Positions 8,834-21,593 of a stretch of DNA of 64,000 bases are shown piece after piece (position 1 is the first letter of the stretch; every line of letters starts with the position of its first letter). Under the pieces are notes generated by a model that saw only the letters and a list, made by a program, of their open reading frames with translations, did no database searches and was not told where the DNA came from. A program made the position numbers and the translations under genes. Source of the stretch: Thermodesulfobacteriota bacterium (GTDB lineage: Bacteria > Desulfobacterota > Desulfarculia > JACQYL01); contig CAXXLZ010000002.1 of the NCBI GenBank assembly GCA_963675595.2, positions 1,472,001-1,536,000 on the forward strand. The letters are read 5' to 3'.

Positions 8834-11800
8834 TTTGACGGACCACAGGTTCTTGCCCGGCAACCATGCCAAGTCAATGTTTTCCCCCATGAGGCGCCGA
8901 AGCATTTTGAGAATCCCTTCCACGGTCCCGTTCAAGTCGAGTACTTTCGGACTGATGGTCTGTTTCCTGGCGAAAGCCAGAAGTTGCCGTGTAAGGTCCG
9001 CGGAGCGCTGGGCCGCTTTTTGGATTTCCTCCAAATCGGCGAAAAGCGCTTCACCCGGCTCCGTCTGTTCGAGGGCCAATTCCGTATGTCCCAAGATGAC
9101 ACCCAGCATGTTGTTGAAATCGTGCGCCACGCCGCCGGCCAAACGACCCACGGATTCCATCTTCTGCGCCTGGTTCAACTGCGCGCGCAGGTTCTCCCGC
9201 TCCTCCTCCGCCAACTTGCGGTCCGTGATGTCGGTGAAGATACACGCAAACCGACCAGGCATCGGCCTGAAAGCCATTACCTCGAAATGCTTTCCCAATT
9301 CCTGCGTGTAACTCTCGAAGAAGGCCGGTTTCCCGGTCAGCGCCACCCGGCCGTAAGTTTCGATCCAATAAGGCTCGATTTCCGGAAAGATTTCCAACAC
9401 GGTTCCACCCACCGCTTGGTCCGCCGTCAATCCGGTCATGCGTTCGAAAGCGGGGTTCACAGCCAAAAAGCGGTAATCGACGGGCGTTCCCGACTTGTCG
9501 CAAATGATTTCATGCAGCGCGAACCCATTGAGCATCTCCCGAAACAGAATTTCGTAATCCTGCTTCAAGCGGCGTTCTTCGGTGATGTCGCGGCTGACGG
9601 CGAGAACCGACCGCACGGTTCCTTGTGCGTCGGTTTCCGGAATCAACCGCCTGTTGAAAACGGTCGGACCCCGCTTGGTCTCGACGGTGCATTCCGCTTC
9701 GAAAGGCGTTGCTCTATCGAAAACCTTCCGGACTGATTCCTCCCAGAAACGACGGTCTTCTTCCGGGAGGCCCGCCTCGCCGTGGGTTTTACCCACCAAC
9801 CCCTCCGCCTTGAACGCGTACCAATCGTCGATGTTTTCCGAAACAAACAGCCGGCGCCCGTCCCGGTCGAAGCGCATCACAATATCCGGCAGTCCCGACA
9901 CCAACGCCCGATACGTCTCTTCCCGCTCCCGGAGGATTTCAGCGGTTTGCCTCTGCACCAAACCGATGGACAGATTCGATGCCAGACGCTCGAACAATCC
10001 GATCTTCGCCTCATCGAAGCGATTCCTACGGGAATCGTTGATTTGCAGCAGACCCAGGCTGCGGGACCCATGACGGAGGGGGATCAAAGCCACGGATTCA
10101 TACCCCTCCCCATGGCAGCGGTTGCGGGTTCTGGCCTGCCGATCCTCCTCAGTGGTGGAAGCCAGGAGTTCGGTTGTGCTGTTGGTCCAGAAGCTTCCGT
10201 TTTCGGTGAAGAAGGGAAGTCCGGCATCGAAACGCCCGCGGATCACGTTACCGCACATACACTCAAGCACCGGATTTCCCTGGGCGTCGCGAATCGGTTC
10301 TCCATGCGAGTCCAGCGCACACAGTCGCGACTCCGCTCGAACGAACTCGGCTGGAAAACCCGAGGTCAAGTAGTAGGGATAGTCTTCACCCTCCAGGAGT
10401 CGAATGCCCACCGCTTCACACCCCGACCAACTCCGCAGCAGGCTCGTCACGTCTCGCATGAGACTCTGCATTCCGTTGGGTTGTGCCAGCAACCGAAGCA
10501 AATTCAAGGTGATCTCACGTTCAGCCTCCACCCTTCTTCGTTCCGTGACGTCTTCTCCCACGGACTGAAAGGCGACGATGTTTCCTCGTTCATCGAACAA
10601 TGCCCGGTCCGTCCGGCGCTGACGGCGAACCTCACTTCCGGGCGCAATCACCGAGTGCTCGGTGGTACGTGTGGGAGATTCGGGGGTCAGAGCCGTCAGA
10701 CTCGCCATGACCCTTTCGCGCTCCTCTCCCGGGATGAGCAGAAGAAAGGAAGAACCGACCAACTCCATGGATGTCTTCCCGAAATAACTGCAATACGCTT
10801 CGTTTACATAGGTGATCTCGCAATCGTGAAGAAACCTGCAGATCATGATGGGTGCATCCTCCGCGATGGCCCGATACCGCTCTTCACTCTCATGCAATGC
10901 TTCGTCGGCCCATCTGCGCTCCAAAGCATTGGTGAAGGTTTCACCCACAAGGCGCAGCAAGGAGAGGTCCTGGTTCGTCCAGACTCGTGGCTTACGCACC
11001 GCATCAAAGCCCAGAAAGCCCACCAGTTGCTCACCCGAGGTCATGGGCACCGCAACCAATGAGCGGATGCCCTGGGCCTCAAAGTGCTCCCGTTCGAGCC
11101 GGGCTTCGTGCGGCATCGCGGATACGTCCGGTTGGTAGAAGACCTCGTGCCTTCTGATACGCTCGGCAAACCACGGCAATTCCTCATCCAGCGGGATGCT
11201 CTTAAGGTTCTCCTTCTCCGGTTCAACGCCTTCGGCGCACCATTCGTGGGTATTGTCCGCCAGTGTTCCATCCTTGTGCATCAAGAAGACGTAGGCACGA
11301 TCCGCCCCGGTAAAAGCACCGATGGAAGCCAGGGCACGCTCGATGGCGACGTCGAGATCATCCACCCCGAGTCCCACGAATTCGGACGAAATTTCACTCA
11401 CCAACCGCTCGAATTCCACTCGACGAGATAGATCTCTTTCCGCACGCCTGCGTTCGGTGATGTCCATATGGGAGCCGAGAACTCGAAACGGGCGGCCGGC
11501 CTCGTCGCGCATAACCGTCCCACGGGCCAAAATATACCGGTACGAACCGTTTTTATGTTTGAAACGAAATTCCGACTCATATTGATTGGAGGACGACTCC
11601 AGCAGCAAACGCAGGGTTTCGAGCGCTTGCGCCGAATCGTCGGGATGGACCCGGTTCTCCCATTCCGAAAAATCGTTCCCGATCTCGTTTTCCTCGTATC
11701 CGATCTGCCGTTTCCACTCGGAAGAGTAATAGACCTTGCCGGTGGCCAGGTCCCAATCCCACAAGCCGACATTTCCCGCTCCAACCGCGGCCTCTTGCTT

Positions 11801-12340
11801 CACGAGAGCTTCTCGGAGCGCCTCCTCCGCCCGCTTGCGATCGGACACATCACTCACGGTGAGGAACAAAGCGGGTTGCGTGTCCGAAGCTTGAGAGTTC
11901 AGCTCCTCCCCCGGGGACGCGTCCAGTTGCGCCCAAAGGGGTCGGCCGTCGGAGAGAAGCTCCGCCTCGAGTCGTCGTCCCATTGGTTTGGCGAAGAGTC
12001 TGTCGTAATCCGTCTGAAAAGAGACTCGATGGGCTTCCCCGAGAAAGGCGAGGAAGGAGTGACCTCGCACGCGATCGATGGATTGTCGGACTAGTTTGCA
12101 GAAGGTTTCATTGGCCTCTTGAATCACACAGGCCCGGTCGAGAACCACATACCCCACGGGGGCGCGATTAAACAAAGCGGCGAAGCGGTCCCGCGACTCT
12201 TTCAGGTCGTCCCGGACACGTCGCAGCTCCTCGTTTCGAAGTTCCAACACGGTCCGGTGCACCTTGAGCTCGTTAAGCAGCTTGTCGGCGTCGATGGAAT
12301 AGTCCTCAGGCCTTACTCCGCGGTCCCTCTCCCGGGTCAT
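8834..12340 (-). pseudogene. N-terminal part (PAS x5, GAF x2, HisKA) of IS-interrupted hybrid histidine kinase
   Basis: Multiple PAS/PAC and GAF domains; H-box AHDFNNML. Truncated at NLWSVK by the IS. Confidence 0.92.
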
Positions 12341-12482
12341 GCCGTTGTCCTTGTCATCGTCAAAGTGGAAAACACGTCATTCCTTTGCGAATTTGTCGAG
12401 GAAGCATGTCGCCCTTGAGCCTTGCGGCTAAGGACAGGCCCTGGTGCGGTGTTTGGCCGAGGACGTTCCAAGTGCGGTGCGT

Positions 12483-15400
12483 TCAGTCCGCCTCCAACAC
12501 CTCCCTGACCTTGGCGGCCAGCGCACGGACGGAAAAGGGTTTCTGGATAAAGTTCAGGCTTTCGTCGAACATGCCCCCTTCACCATCCGCATTCTCCGAG
12601 TAACCCGACATGTAGAGCACCTTGATGCCGGGATAACGACTTAGAATCCGCGCAGATAGATCTCTTCCGCTCATCTCGGGCATGACCACGTCCGTGAGAA
12701 GTAGGTGAATTCGTCCTTCGTGACGCTCCGGAATCGTCAATGCCTCCATACCGTTGCTCGCCGTGAGCACCTCGTAGCCTTGACGATCGAGAATGGCGCG
12801 AGCGAGATTTCTCATCTGTTCGTTGTCTTCCACAAGCAGAATCGTCTCGGAGCCTTTGGCATCCGCAGACCCGGAAGAATGGCTTATCGGCTGTTCATCG
12901 TTGGTGTGAGATGCCGGCAGGCAAACTCTGAATGTTGATCCCTCTCCGGGCTTGCTCTCAACTCGGATATAGCCGCCATGCTGTTTGACGATGCCGTAGC
13001 AGATCGCCAATCCCAGTCCCGTGCCTTTGCCCACCTCTTTGGTGGTGAAAAACGGTTCAAAAAGGCGCTCCATCACGTCGGCATCCATTCCGGACCCCGT
13101 GTCGACCACGTTCAGCCCGACATAGCCTCCCGGCTCGACCTTCTCCCGAGACTCATCACGGCCTTCCTCCGAACGGCATACCACGGTCTCCACGGTCAGC
13201 ACTCCCCCGTCGGGCATGGCGTCCTGAGCATTGACCGCAAGGTTCATGATGACCTGTTCGAGTCGGCCGACATCTCCTCGAATGAAGGGTACGGACGGAG
13301 CCAATTGGAAATGGATGGCAATGTCTTCCCGAATCGTACGCCTGAGCAGTTTTTCGAACCCTTTGACCACCCTGTTTAAATCCACGGGTTTGAATTCAAG
13401 GGTCTGTTTTCGGCTGAAGGCTAGAAGGCGTTGCACCAAATCCCTGGCCCTCAGCCCGGCATTCAATATCTCTTGGGTGAACCCTCGGTTCTTGTCTTCC
13501 CCGCCCAAATCATCGAGAAGCATCTCCGCATACCCGATAATCGGAGCCAACAGATTGTTCAAATCGTGGGCCACGCCGCCGGCCAGTCTGCCCACTGATT
13601 CCATCTTCTGCGCCTGGCTCAACTGCAATTGAAGTCTCTCCCGTTCCTCCTCCGCCCGCCTTTTCTCCGTGATGTCCGTTATGAATCCTTCCAGAAACAA
13701 TAATTGACCTGCTTCCGAGAATACACCTTGCCCTCGTTCCCAAACCCAGCGGGTTTCCCCGTCTTTCGTGACGATAATATATTCATCCTGAAACAACCCT
13801 TTTTCTTCCAGAACTCTTTGCCATTGAGTCCACTTCGTCCGTGACCACATGAGTCCGGCAATCCAGCAGGACGGGGCTCCCATCCGACTGGAAATTGACG
13901 ACTTCGCCCCTCCATTCACCGTTCCGCAGGGTCTCTTGGATGATCATTTCCTGCGTGGCGCCCACTTCGGGGTCATCCCCGTAGACCGAGACGTGTTGCC
14001 CGATGATCTTGTCGCGAGGAACGCCCTGTATCCGACACCCGGCGTCGTTCACGTAGGTAATGCGCCCCTGAAGATCGGTTACCGTGACCAAGTCCTGAAT
14101 CTGGTCGAGCACGCGGGCCTGGAAGCGCAGCCGCTCTTCCGCCCGTTTCCGTTCGGAAATGTCCCGTGTAATGGCGATGATGTGAGGTACGTTCTTTATG
14201 TGGATAATCCTGGCCGACATCAGTGCATTGGACGGGCTGCCGTCCTTTCTGCGAAACAACGCCTCGAAATTCTGGCAGACGCCGTCTTCCTTTAATCTCC
14301 GAATCAGCTCTTCCCGATCGGCAAGATTATCCCAGATATGGATTTCCGGGGCACTTTTTCCGATCACTTCTTCACGCGTGAAACCGGTTGAACGTGTGAA
14401 GCCGTCGTTGATTTCCTGGAAAATCCCATTGTCCAGGCGATTGATGCTGATAGCGTCGGGACCGGCGTCGAAGGTCAGCCTGAATCTTTCCTCACTTTCC
14501 TTCAGCGCCTCTTCCGTCAGCTTTTGATCGGTCACGTCCCGGGCAATCCCCACATAGGCGATCCGGCCGGATTCGTCACGAAGCGGTGAGCCGGTGGATA
14601 CGTGAAAACGCCAAGAACCGTCTACCCGTCGCACACGATATTCGGCGTTGACTTGCCTTTCACCAGTGCTCAGAACCTTTTCCAAGAACCCGCGACATAC
14701 CGGAACGTCTTCAGGATGGACGTAGGCCTCAAAGGAACGGCCCATGGCCTTTTCGGCGGGCTCGCCCATGAAATCGAGCCACTTGGGCGAGACATAGGTA
14801 AAAACCCCGTCGGAGTTCAGTGCGTAGACGATTTCACCGGCGTTCTCCACAAAGGACCGAAAACGATGTTCGTTCTCCCGAAGCTTCGCCTCCGCTCGCC
14901 TGCGTTCCGTGATATCCCTGGAAAAGGCCACGATTTTGCCTTGATCCGATAGGTAGTTTGCACAGACCTCCACGTCGAGGATATCACCGTCTTTGCGACG
15001 GTGACGAGTTTCGAATCGACAGTAGCCGGGACGCACCACCTCCAGTATATGCCGGATCGTTTGTCCCTCTCCTTCGGGCGCCTCAATATCCTCTATCCTC
15101 ATGCCGAACATTTCTTCCCGGGAATAACCCAGCATGTCGGCAAAGGCCTGGTTGACCTCCAGGAAGCGGCCCTCCTGATCCATCACCCAGAATCCGTCCG
15201 CCGTGGTCCGGATGATCGAACGACATTCCGCCTCGCGTTCCGCACGGGCCGCCGCCTCAATCTCAAGCCGCTCGTTCAGTCTGCGCAGTTCCATCAGGTC
15301 CAGAAAACGCGCCCGGGCAACGGTAATCGCCCGGTCCAACTCGCGCACATCGGGAGGCTTAACCAAGAAGGCTCCAACACCGGCCCGCGTTGCATCGTCC

Positions 15401-15678
15401 ACGAACTCCGGAGAATCGTAGGCCGTAAGCACGACAACGGGAGTCGGCCGCACGTTCTGGATGGCACGCGCCGCGTCGAAGCCGTTCATAATCGGTAACT
15501 GCAGATCGAGAAGCACAACGTCCGGAGTCAGGCTTTCCACCATGGCCACGGCCTCTTTTCCGTCTCGGGCAATGCCGGCCACGGCATATCCGCGCGCCTC
15601 CAGCATCTTCCGGACCATCCCCGCCGTCAGGACCTCGTCCTCAACGATCAGAACACGTACTTTCTCGTTGCCGGGCAT
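12483..15678 (-). pseudogene. REC-PAS(x4+)-HK-REC hybrid kinase with internal deletion/frameshift near 13833
   Basis: ORF 13783-15678 (REC + PAS) is coherent to ...RTHVVTDE. ORF 12483-13919 becomes coherent at WTQWQRVLEEK (PAC, AHDLNNLL, HATPase, REC) in another frame. Confidence 0.85.
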
Positions 15679-15962
15679 TGCGTCCTTTCACTGTATCCGG
15701 TTAGTCGTCATATCCGATCAGCCCGAAGCGAACCGCGCCACGACGTCATCTTCCGTCTCGTTCCCGCGCTCCGGTCCGTTCATATCAGCTATAGGGCGAT
15801 CCTGGGGTAAGACCGGCACGGAGCGTCATTCCTCGGTATACGACTCAATCGCCGGCCGATCGACCGTTTTCCCGAAACATTTCATCTCCCGAAAACAAAG
15901 AAGTACCCGCCGGTTTCATCTTCACGATCCGCGATTCCACACGTCCCTGCCCGTCCGCGAAG

Positions 15963-18900
15963 TCATCGAGCACCCGCCTTGGATTCCATCATTTCCTTCA
16001 AATCGGCGAATTGACCTTCCAGCTCGGTCAAACGGGCAGCAGCAGCGTCCAGGTTGCCGGACTTGGCGTCCCGCTCCATGTCGAAGGCCACTTTTCGAAG
16101 TCTTTCACCCCCCACGCCGGCGGACGCCCCCTTGATGCTGTGAGCCTGACGTTCGGACGTGGAGGCGTCTCCACGCTCGAGGGACTCCCTCAGAGCTTTT
16201 ATGAGCCCGGGAATGTCTTCCAAGAAAGCCTCACTCACGGTCTTGAAAAGGTCCTCGTCGCCCATTAACCGCTTCAGCGCACCATCGCGATCGAAAATGG
16301 GCTCGCCTTCTTCAACCGTTTTGATCTCTTCGGTCTTCTCTTCCTCTCCTTTCTCGAGTTCCTTTCCGAGCCATTTCCGGAGCTTGCGTGCCAGCTCCTC
16401 CGAGGTAATCGGTTTGGCGAGATAATCGTCCATGCCCGCCTCCAGACACCTTTCCCGGTCGCCTTTCAACGCCCGAGCGGTCATGGCGATAATCGGGATA
16501 GCGTGATTGGGAATCGCGGACCGGGGATCACGGATTTTGCCGGTGGCCTCGAATCCGTCCATCACGGGCATTTGCACATCCATCAACACAAGGTCGTATT
16601 CCTTGCTTTGCAGGGCTCGAAGCGCTTCGGCGCCATCGCCGACGGCGTCCGCGCGGATCCCGAACTTCTTCAGAATGCCCAAGGCCACCTGTTGATTGGT
16701 CTTATTATCTTCAGCAAGCAGAATCCGCTTGTCCCCGCCGATTAAGAAACGGTCCGTTTCTCGTCCCGAGCGGACCGACCCAACATGATCACGTTGCATC
16801 TCCACGGCACCCCGGTCCGCCAGGACCTGGGACAGAACGGTGAGCAATTCCGCGTGCCTGGCGGGTTTGGTCAGACAAGCGGCAAACTTCGATTTCCCCG
16901 AACCGGACCTACTTCTCCGAGTTCCCAGAGAAGTGAGCATTATCATGCGCGTACCGGACAATCGGTCATCCCTTTTCACGATACCGGCCAACTCCTCGCC
17001 GTCCATACCGGGCATCTCCATGTCCACGACGGCGAGCTTGAAAGGATTTCCTTCGCTCGCAGCCCGCGCCAGAGCCTCGAGCGCCGACGGACCGTTTTCC
17101 GCAGCTGTCGGATGCATTCCCCAAGAGGTCAGTTTCGTGGACAGGATTTCCCTGTTGGCGGCATTGTCGTCCACGACGAGCACTCTCACGTTCTTGAGAT
17201 CCGCGGGTGGATGAGATTCCTCATGCATCCCTTCGGGCTGCTTGATCAAACGGGCGGTGAAGCGAAACTCGGACCCCCGACCTTCTCGGCTCGTAACGTT
17301 GATCTCCCCCCCCATCATTTGAGTCAGTTGTTTGGAAATGGCCAAACCCAGCCCCGTGCCTTCAAAGCGCCGGGTCGTGGAGGAATCTATCTGAGAGAAC
17401 TTGGTGAAAAGCAGGTCGAGCTTGTTCTTGGGAATACCGATACCCGTATCACGGACCGAAAATCGCAGTAAGGCCCCGTCGTAGTCTTGGGATTCCACCG
17501 AAACGCGTACGGACACTTCGCCGCTTTGGGTAAACTTCACGGCGTTCCCGGCCAGATTGGTCAGAATCTGTCGAAGCCTGCCGGGATCGCCTCGTAAGTA
17601 CAAAGGAACATCGGGGTCCACCTTGTTCAGCCACTCCAGCCCCTTTTCCTGAGCACGTAAGGCCATGCCGGCGGAGAAGTCCTCCAACAGATCCCGTAAA
17701 TTGAAATCCACCACTTCCAGGTTCAGTTTTCCGGCCTCGATTTTGGAGAAGTCCAAAATGTCGTTGATCACGGCGAGCAGCGACTCCCCACTGGTCCGAA
17801 CGGCCTCGGCGTAACGCCGTTGTTCCGGGGTCAACTCCGTGTCCAACAGCAGGTCCGTCATACCGATGACTCCGTTCATGGGAGTACGGATCTCGTGGCT
17901 CATGTTCGCGAGGAATTCACTTTTAGCGGCGGAGGCCAATTCCGCCTGAAACGCCATTTCATTGGTTTGTGCGATGGCCTGCTCAAGAGCCAGATTGGTG
18001 TTCTCCAACTCCTCCTTCGAACGAACCAGTTCCAGCTCATTGAGTTTGCGCGCTGTAATATCCGTAACAGCCATCAGCACCTGCCTGGAATCGTCAAGTT
18101 CCACAGGCGTCGCGCTGAGTGAAAAATGCAACTCCTTCTCTTCGCCGTCGACCAGAACATGCATGGGGGCCTCGACGCCGCAGATCGTCTCACCGGTGTC
18201 CAAAACACGTGCAAAAGTCCGTCGAACGGGGCACTCGAGGCACGCCTTCGAATAGCCGCATCCTTCGGGGACTCTCTCGGCATTGATGCAGCTCAGTATG
18301 TGTCCGGGTGGACGATGAAGCAGTTGGGCCGTCTCCTTTCCGATAATTTGGACAACCACTTGGTTGACCCGTGTCACTTTGGCATCGGCGTCGATCAGGA
18401 GCATCCCGACTTGGGCCGCCTCGAAAATGGCCTGAAGATTCGACCGTTCCTTCAATAGTGACTCACGCTGAGCCAGGAGCTCGGCTTCGGCCTTCTTACG
18501 ACTGGTGATATCGGAGACCACGCCTATAATACCCATTATATTACCATAATCATCCAGGACCGTTGCTTTGTTCAAAATAACGTTCTTATGCGTCCCATCC
18601 TTGGAAATAATTTCAGTTTCGTATTGTTGCCTTCCAGGCTCTCCTACAATCGCCTCATCCATCTTGAAATATTCATCGGCGATAGCCTTAACATTCAAGT
18701 CATATACCGTCTTACCTATGATTTCGGTTCGACGTCGACCTGTAAGCTCCTCGAATGACTTGTTACATCCGACATATTTGCCTTGTTTATCCTTATAGAA
18801 TACCGGACTTGGTATGGTTTCCATCAGCGTCTGAAGGACATCCAACTGGTCGCGCAACGCTTCCTCGGAACGCTTTCGTTCTATGATTTCCCACGTTACA

Positions 18901-19904
18901 TCAGCGAGATACGAAACCAGGGACGCATCTTCCGGGCCGTAGTCCGTCCGTTTGTTGCCGACGGCCAGGACCGCAACCACCTTTTCCTTCCGTATGACGG
19001 GCACGACCAGCTCACGAAGAATTTCGGGATGATCACCGGGATTTCCCCATTTGCTCCCCGGAGCTCGATAGTCATTTCGAATCACCGGCTTGCGCTCATG
19101 CACACACTCAGCCCGCAGGCCCGCTTGGTCGATATCATAGTGCAACCCTCTTTCTTCCGTCCTACACATCCGTTCAGGGGTCGCGGTGGACCACTGCTGC
19201 AAGGAGAGGGTCTTTTCGTCAACGGCCACGAAGTGAAAAAAACCGATGGGGCTTTCCACCAGCTCACAGGTACGGTCCAATGCTTCGGTCAGCAGTTCTT
19301 CGGCCGAGTGACCATCGGCGAACTCGATCAAATCGAGGCGCATTTGGTGCATGCGCTCGCACCGTGGGCTTTCGCTGAAATCGTGGATTGCCAGTATCAA
19401 AGCGAACAGAGGTTCCTGATCCGTCGTTACGGTTTGCCTCGACGAGACGACCTCCAAGCGAACCCGCCGCAGATGCTCCCCGGATACGAGCTCCACCTCC
19501 CAACACTTGCCGGGAGGTTGCGTAAGAGGAGACCGGCATTCGTTTCGGAATATCTCTTGCTGTTGTTCTTTTAGGAACGAGGAGAAGGGTCGGCCCTCCA
19601 CCCTTTCCATGGGAAGCCCGACCATTTTGACGAAGGCTGCATTGGTTTCCAGGATCAGACCGGCTTGATCGAGAATCACGTACCCCACCGGGGTGTGGTG
19701 AAAAACGACGTAAAACGGATCCCGCGATTCCATGAGGATTTCGCGGACGCGGCGCGATGCCTCTTTCCGGACCTCAAGTTCATCCCCACAAACTCGAAAT
19801 CCGTGAAGAGATCGTTCGGAATCCCGCTCGTCCGGATGGACACGGTCTTCCTTGCCCGTGTCGCCCCGGTTGTTCTTAAAACCCTCTTCAGATATCTTCT
19901 TCAC
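15963..19904 (-). CDS. BarA-like hybrid sensor kinase: PAS-GAF-PAS-PAS-HisKA-HATPase-REC-REC-Hpt
   Basis: [33 protein letters not shown]; two REC domains (VVDMEMP, LMDVQMP); Hpt AHSIKGAS. Confidence 0.93.
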   Translation of the reverse strand: MKKISEEGFKNNRGDTGKEDRVHPDERDSERSLHGFRVCGDELEVRKEASRRVREILMESRDPFYVVFHHTPVGYVILDQAGLILETNAAFVKMVGLPMERVEGRPFSSFLKEQQQEIFRNECRSPLTQPPGKCWEVELVSGEHLRRVRLEVVSSRQTVTTDQEPLFALILAIHDFSESPRCERMHQMRLDLIEFADGHSAEELLTEALDRTCELVESPIGFFHFVAVDEKTLSLQQWSTATPERMCRTEERGLHYDIDQAGLRAECVHERKPVIRNDYRAPGSKWGNPGDHPEILRELVVPVIRKEKVVAVLAVGNKRTDYGPEDASLVSYLADVTWEIIERKRSEEALRDQLDVLQTLMETIPSPVFYKDKQGKYVGCNKSFEELTGRRRTEIIGKTVYDLNVKAIADEYFKMDEAIVGEPGRQQYETEIISKDGTHKNVILNKATVLDDYGNIMGIIGVVSDITSRKKAEAELLAQRESLLKERSNLQAIFEAAQVGMLLIDADAKVTRVNQVVVQIIGKETAQLLHRPPGHILSCINAERVPEGCGYSKACLECPVRRTFARVLDTGETICGVEAPMHVLVDGEEKELHFSLSATPVELDDSRQVLMAVTDITARKLNELELVRSKEELENTNLALEQAIAQTNEMAFQAELASAAKSEFLANMSHEIRTPMNGVIGMTDLLLDTELTPEQRRYAEAVRTSGESLLAVINDILDFSKIEAGKLNLEVVDFNLRDLLEDFSAGMALRAQEKGLEWLNKVDPDVPLYLRGDPGRLRQILTNLAGNAVKFTQSGEVSVRVSVESQDYDGALLRFSVRDTGIGIPKNKLDLLFTKFSQIDSSTTRRFEGTGLGLAISKQLTQMMGGEINVTSREGRGSEFRFTARLIKQPEGMHEESHPPADLKNVRVLVVDDNAANREILSTKLTSWGMHPTAAENGPSALEALARAASEGNPFKLAVVDMEMPGMDGEELAGIVKRDDRLSGTRMIMLTSLGTRRSRSGSGKSKFAACLTKPARHAELLTVLSQVLADRGAVEMQRDHVGSVRSGRETDRFLIGGDKRILLAEDNKTNQQVALGILKKFGIRADAVGDGAEALRALQSKEYDLVLMDVQMPVMDGFEATGKIRDPRSAIPNHAIPIIAMTARALKGDRERCLEAGMDDYLAKPITSEELARKLRKWLGKELEKGEEEKTEEIKTVEEGEPIFDRDGALKRLMGDEDLFKTVSEAFLEDIPGLIKALRESLERGDASTSERQAHSIKGASAGVGGERLRKVAFDMERDAKSGNLDAAAARLTELEGQFADLKEMMESKAGAR

Positions 19905-20117
19905 GCCGCCCCCTTTGTCGGTCCCGGACGAACCCGGATCCTGGACGAGCCGTCGGCATACGGCATTTTACGGACCGGCAGTCTTTTCGGCCTTCTTTGG
20001 CCACAATCTGCTTCCCCGTACGAACAACCCGCGGCCATCGCAGCCGAACGGGTGTGAGACGGTTCGTGCGCCGCGAACGGCACGCCGGTTCCGGCATTCC
20101 TTTCCAAATAGCATAGG

Positions 20118-20133
20118 TGCAAACCTTGGGCCA
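20118..20133 (-). promoter_or_regulatory. Putative sigma-54 promoter for the kinase at 19904
   Basis: Minus strand TGGCCCAAGGTTTGCA fits GG-N10-GC. Confidence 0.55.
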
Positions 20134-20612
20134 ACTAGTGACTGCTTCTTCATTTGCCGTTTTCAGCCGCGCGGGCACACTCAACCGCTTACATGTCGAA
20201 GAACCGGCGACATATCACCTCGGACGATAACGGCCATCCGACGGATTCATCACTTCGTTCAGGCGGTTTCCGATGGAAGCACACATGAAGCGGTGAGTGT
20301 CTCGCCTCAGTGCGGCATCTTTCCGCGCAGGATCGCCGATCCGGTCGGATCCGTCCAATACCCGGTCCCCAAGACGACCGGTGTGTCTTTTCCCTGATCC
20401 GATTCGGTTCTTTTCGACCTCTCCTTCTAATTCACCTCTTTCGGGAAGATCAGGGCGATCTGAAGTCCCTCCTTCCCCTCATGCTTGCCGGAAGGCGTCT
20501 TCCTCGTCCGCTCATCAGCCCACTTCACACGTTGACACCGTTGGGCTCGTCGGATTAGCCGGTTCGGATACGCGGCGTCCTTTCCGCAGCCGGTTGTGTG
20601 AGCTATTTTTTC

Positions 20613-20640
20613 GGTCACAAAAAGAATCTGCATTCGTCTA
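20613..20640 (+). promoter_or_regulatory. Putative ECF-type autoregulatory promoter
   Basis: GGTCACA-N15-CGTCTA about 50 bp upstream of the ECF sigma gene. CGTC is a common ECF -10 core. Confidence 0.5.
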
Positions 20641-20688
20641 AATAGGAAACTGCAACCGCAAACGTCACCAAAGATGGAGAAATCAAAC

Positions 20689-21528
20689 ATGGGTTCCGAC
20701 CTCAACCAATTCGTACGAGCGGCCAAGAACGGCGACAGGCGGGCATTGGAGACCATCGTCGCTCAGGTCCAGGACAGAGTCTTCGGCATGGCTCTGCGTA
20801 TGTTGGGACAACCGGCCGATGCGGAGGATGAAACCCAGGAGATTCTCATTAAAATGATCACCCACTTGAGCGACTTCCGAGAAGAAAGCGCTTTCACCTC
20901 ATGGGTCTACCGAATCGCCTGCAATCATCTTCTGAGCACACGGAGAAGAAACACCGAAAGGATGGGCGTGACCTTTGAACTCCTGGAAGAGCTGATCGCC
21001 GAAGCACCCACGGATGACCGTCTTTCTTCCTGTTCGGAGCCCGAGCGAGCGTTCTTTATGGAGGAAACCAAGCTCGACTGCCTCCAGGGCATGTTGACCT
21101 GTCTGGAGAAAGACCTTCGTATCGCGTTTATCCTGGGGGTTGTATTCGGCGTTACGAGTGAAGAAGGGGCCTATATCCTGGACATTAGTTCCGACGCGTT
21201 CCGAAAGAGGGTTTCCCGAGCCAGAGCGTCCCTACAGACATTCATGCTGAAAAACTGTGGGCTGGTCAATGAAAACAATGCCTGCCGGTGTGAGAAAAGA
21301 GCCGGCCGACATCCGAAACCGGGTGCGCATCAACTGAAACGCGCGGCGAGCAGGGAGGGAGGTGCGAAGAAAAGGAAGGAAGCCATGGTGCAACTCAAGG
21401 AGCTGAACGACATTGAACGCATCGCCGTGATGTTCCGAAGCTACCAAGATTATCGGTCGCCGGATTCGTTCGCGTATATTGTGAAAGATCTGATTGATTC
21501 AGGCAAATACGGAATCTTTATGAGGTAG
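20689..21528 (+). CDS. ECF sigma-70 factor with Cys-rich C-terminal extension
   Basis: Region 2 DAEDETQEIL...FTSWVYRIACN; region 4 AFRKRVSRAR; extension CGLVNENNACRC. ATG 20689 follows GGAGA. Confidence 0.9.
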   Translation: MGSDLNQFVRAAKNGDRRALETIVAQVQDRVFGMALRMLGQPADAEDETQEILIKMITHLSDFREESAFTSWVYRIACNHLLSTRRRNTERMGVTFELLEELIAEAPTDDRLSSCSEPERAFFMEETKLDCLQGMLTCLEKDLRIAFILGVVFGVTSEEGAYILDISSDAFRKRVSRARASLQTFMLKNCGLVNENNACRCEKRAGRHPKPGAHQLKRAASREGGAKKRKEAMVQLKELNDIERIAVMFRSYQDYRSPDSFAYIVKDLIDSGKYGIFMR

Positions 21529-21593
21529 TCGTTCAAAATCGCCGAATCGAGCTTTCTCGATTCCAATCTCACTTGCAGATAAGGAGAAGTCTA

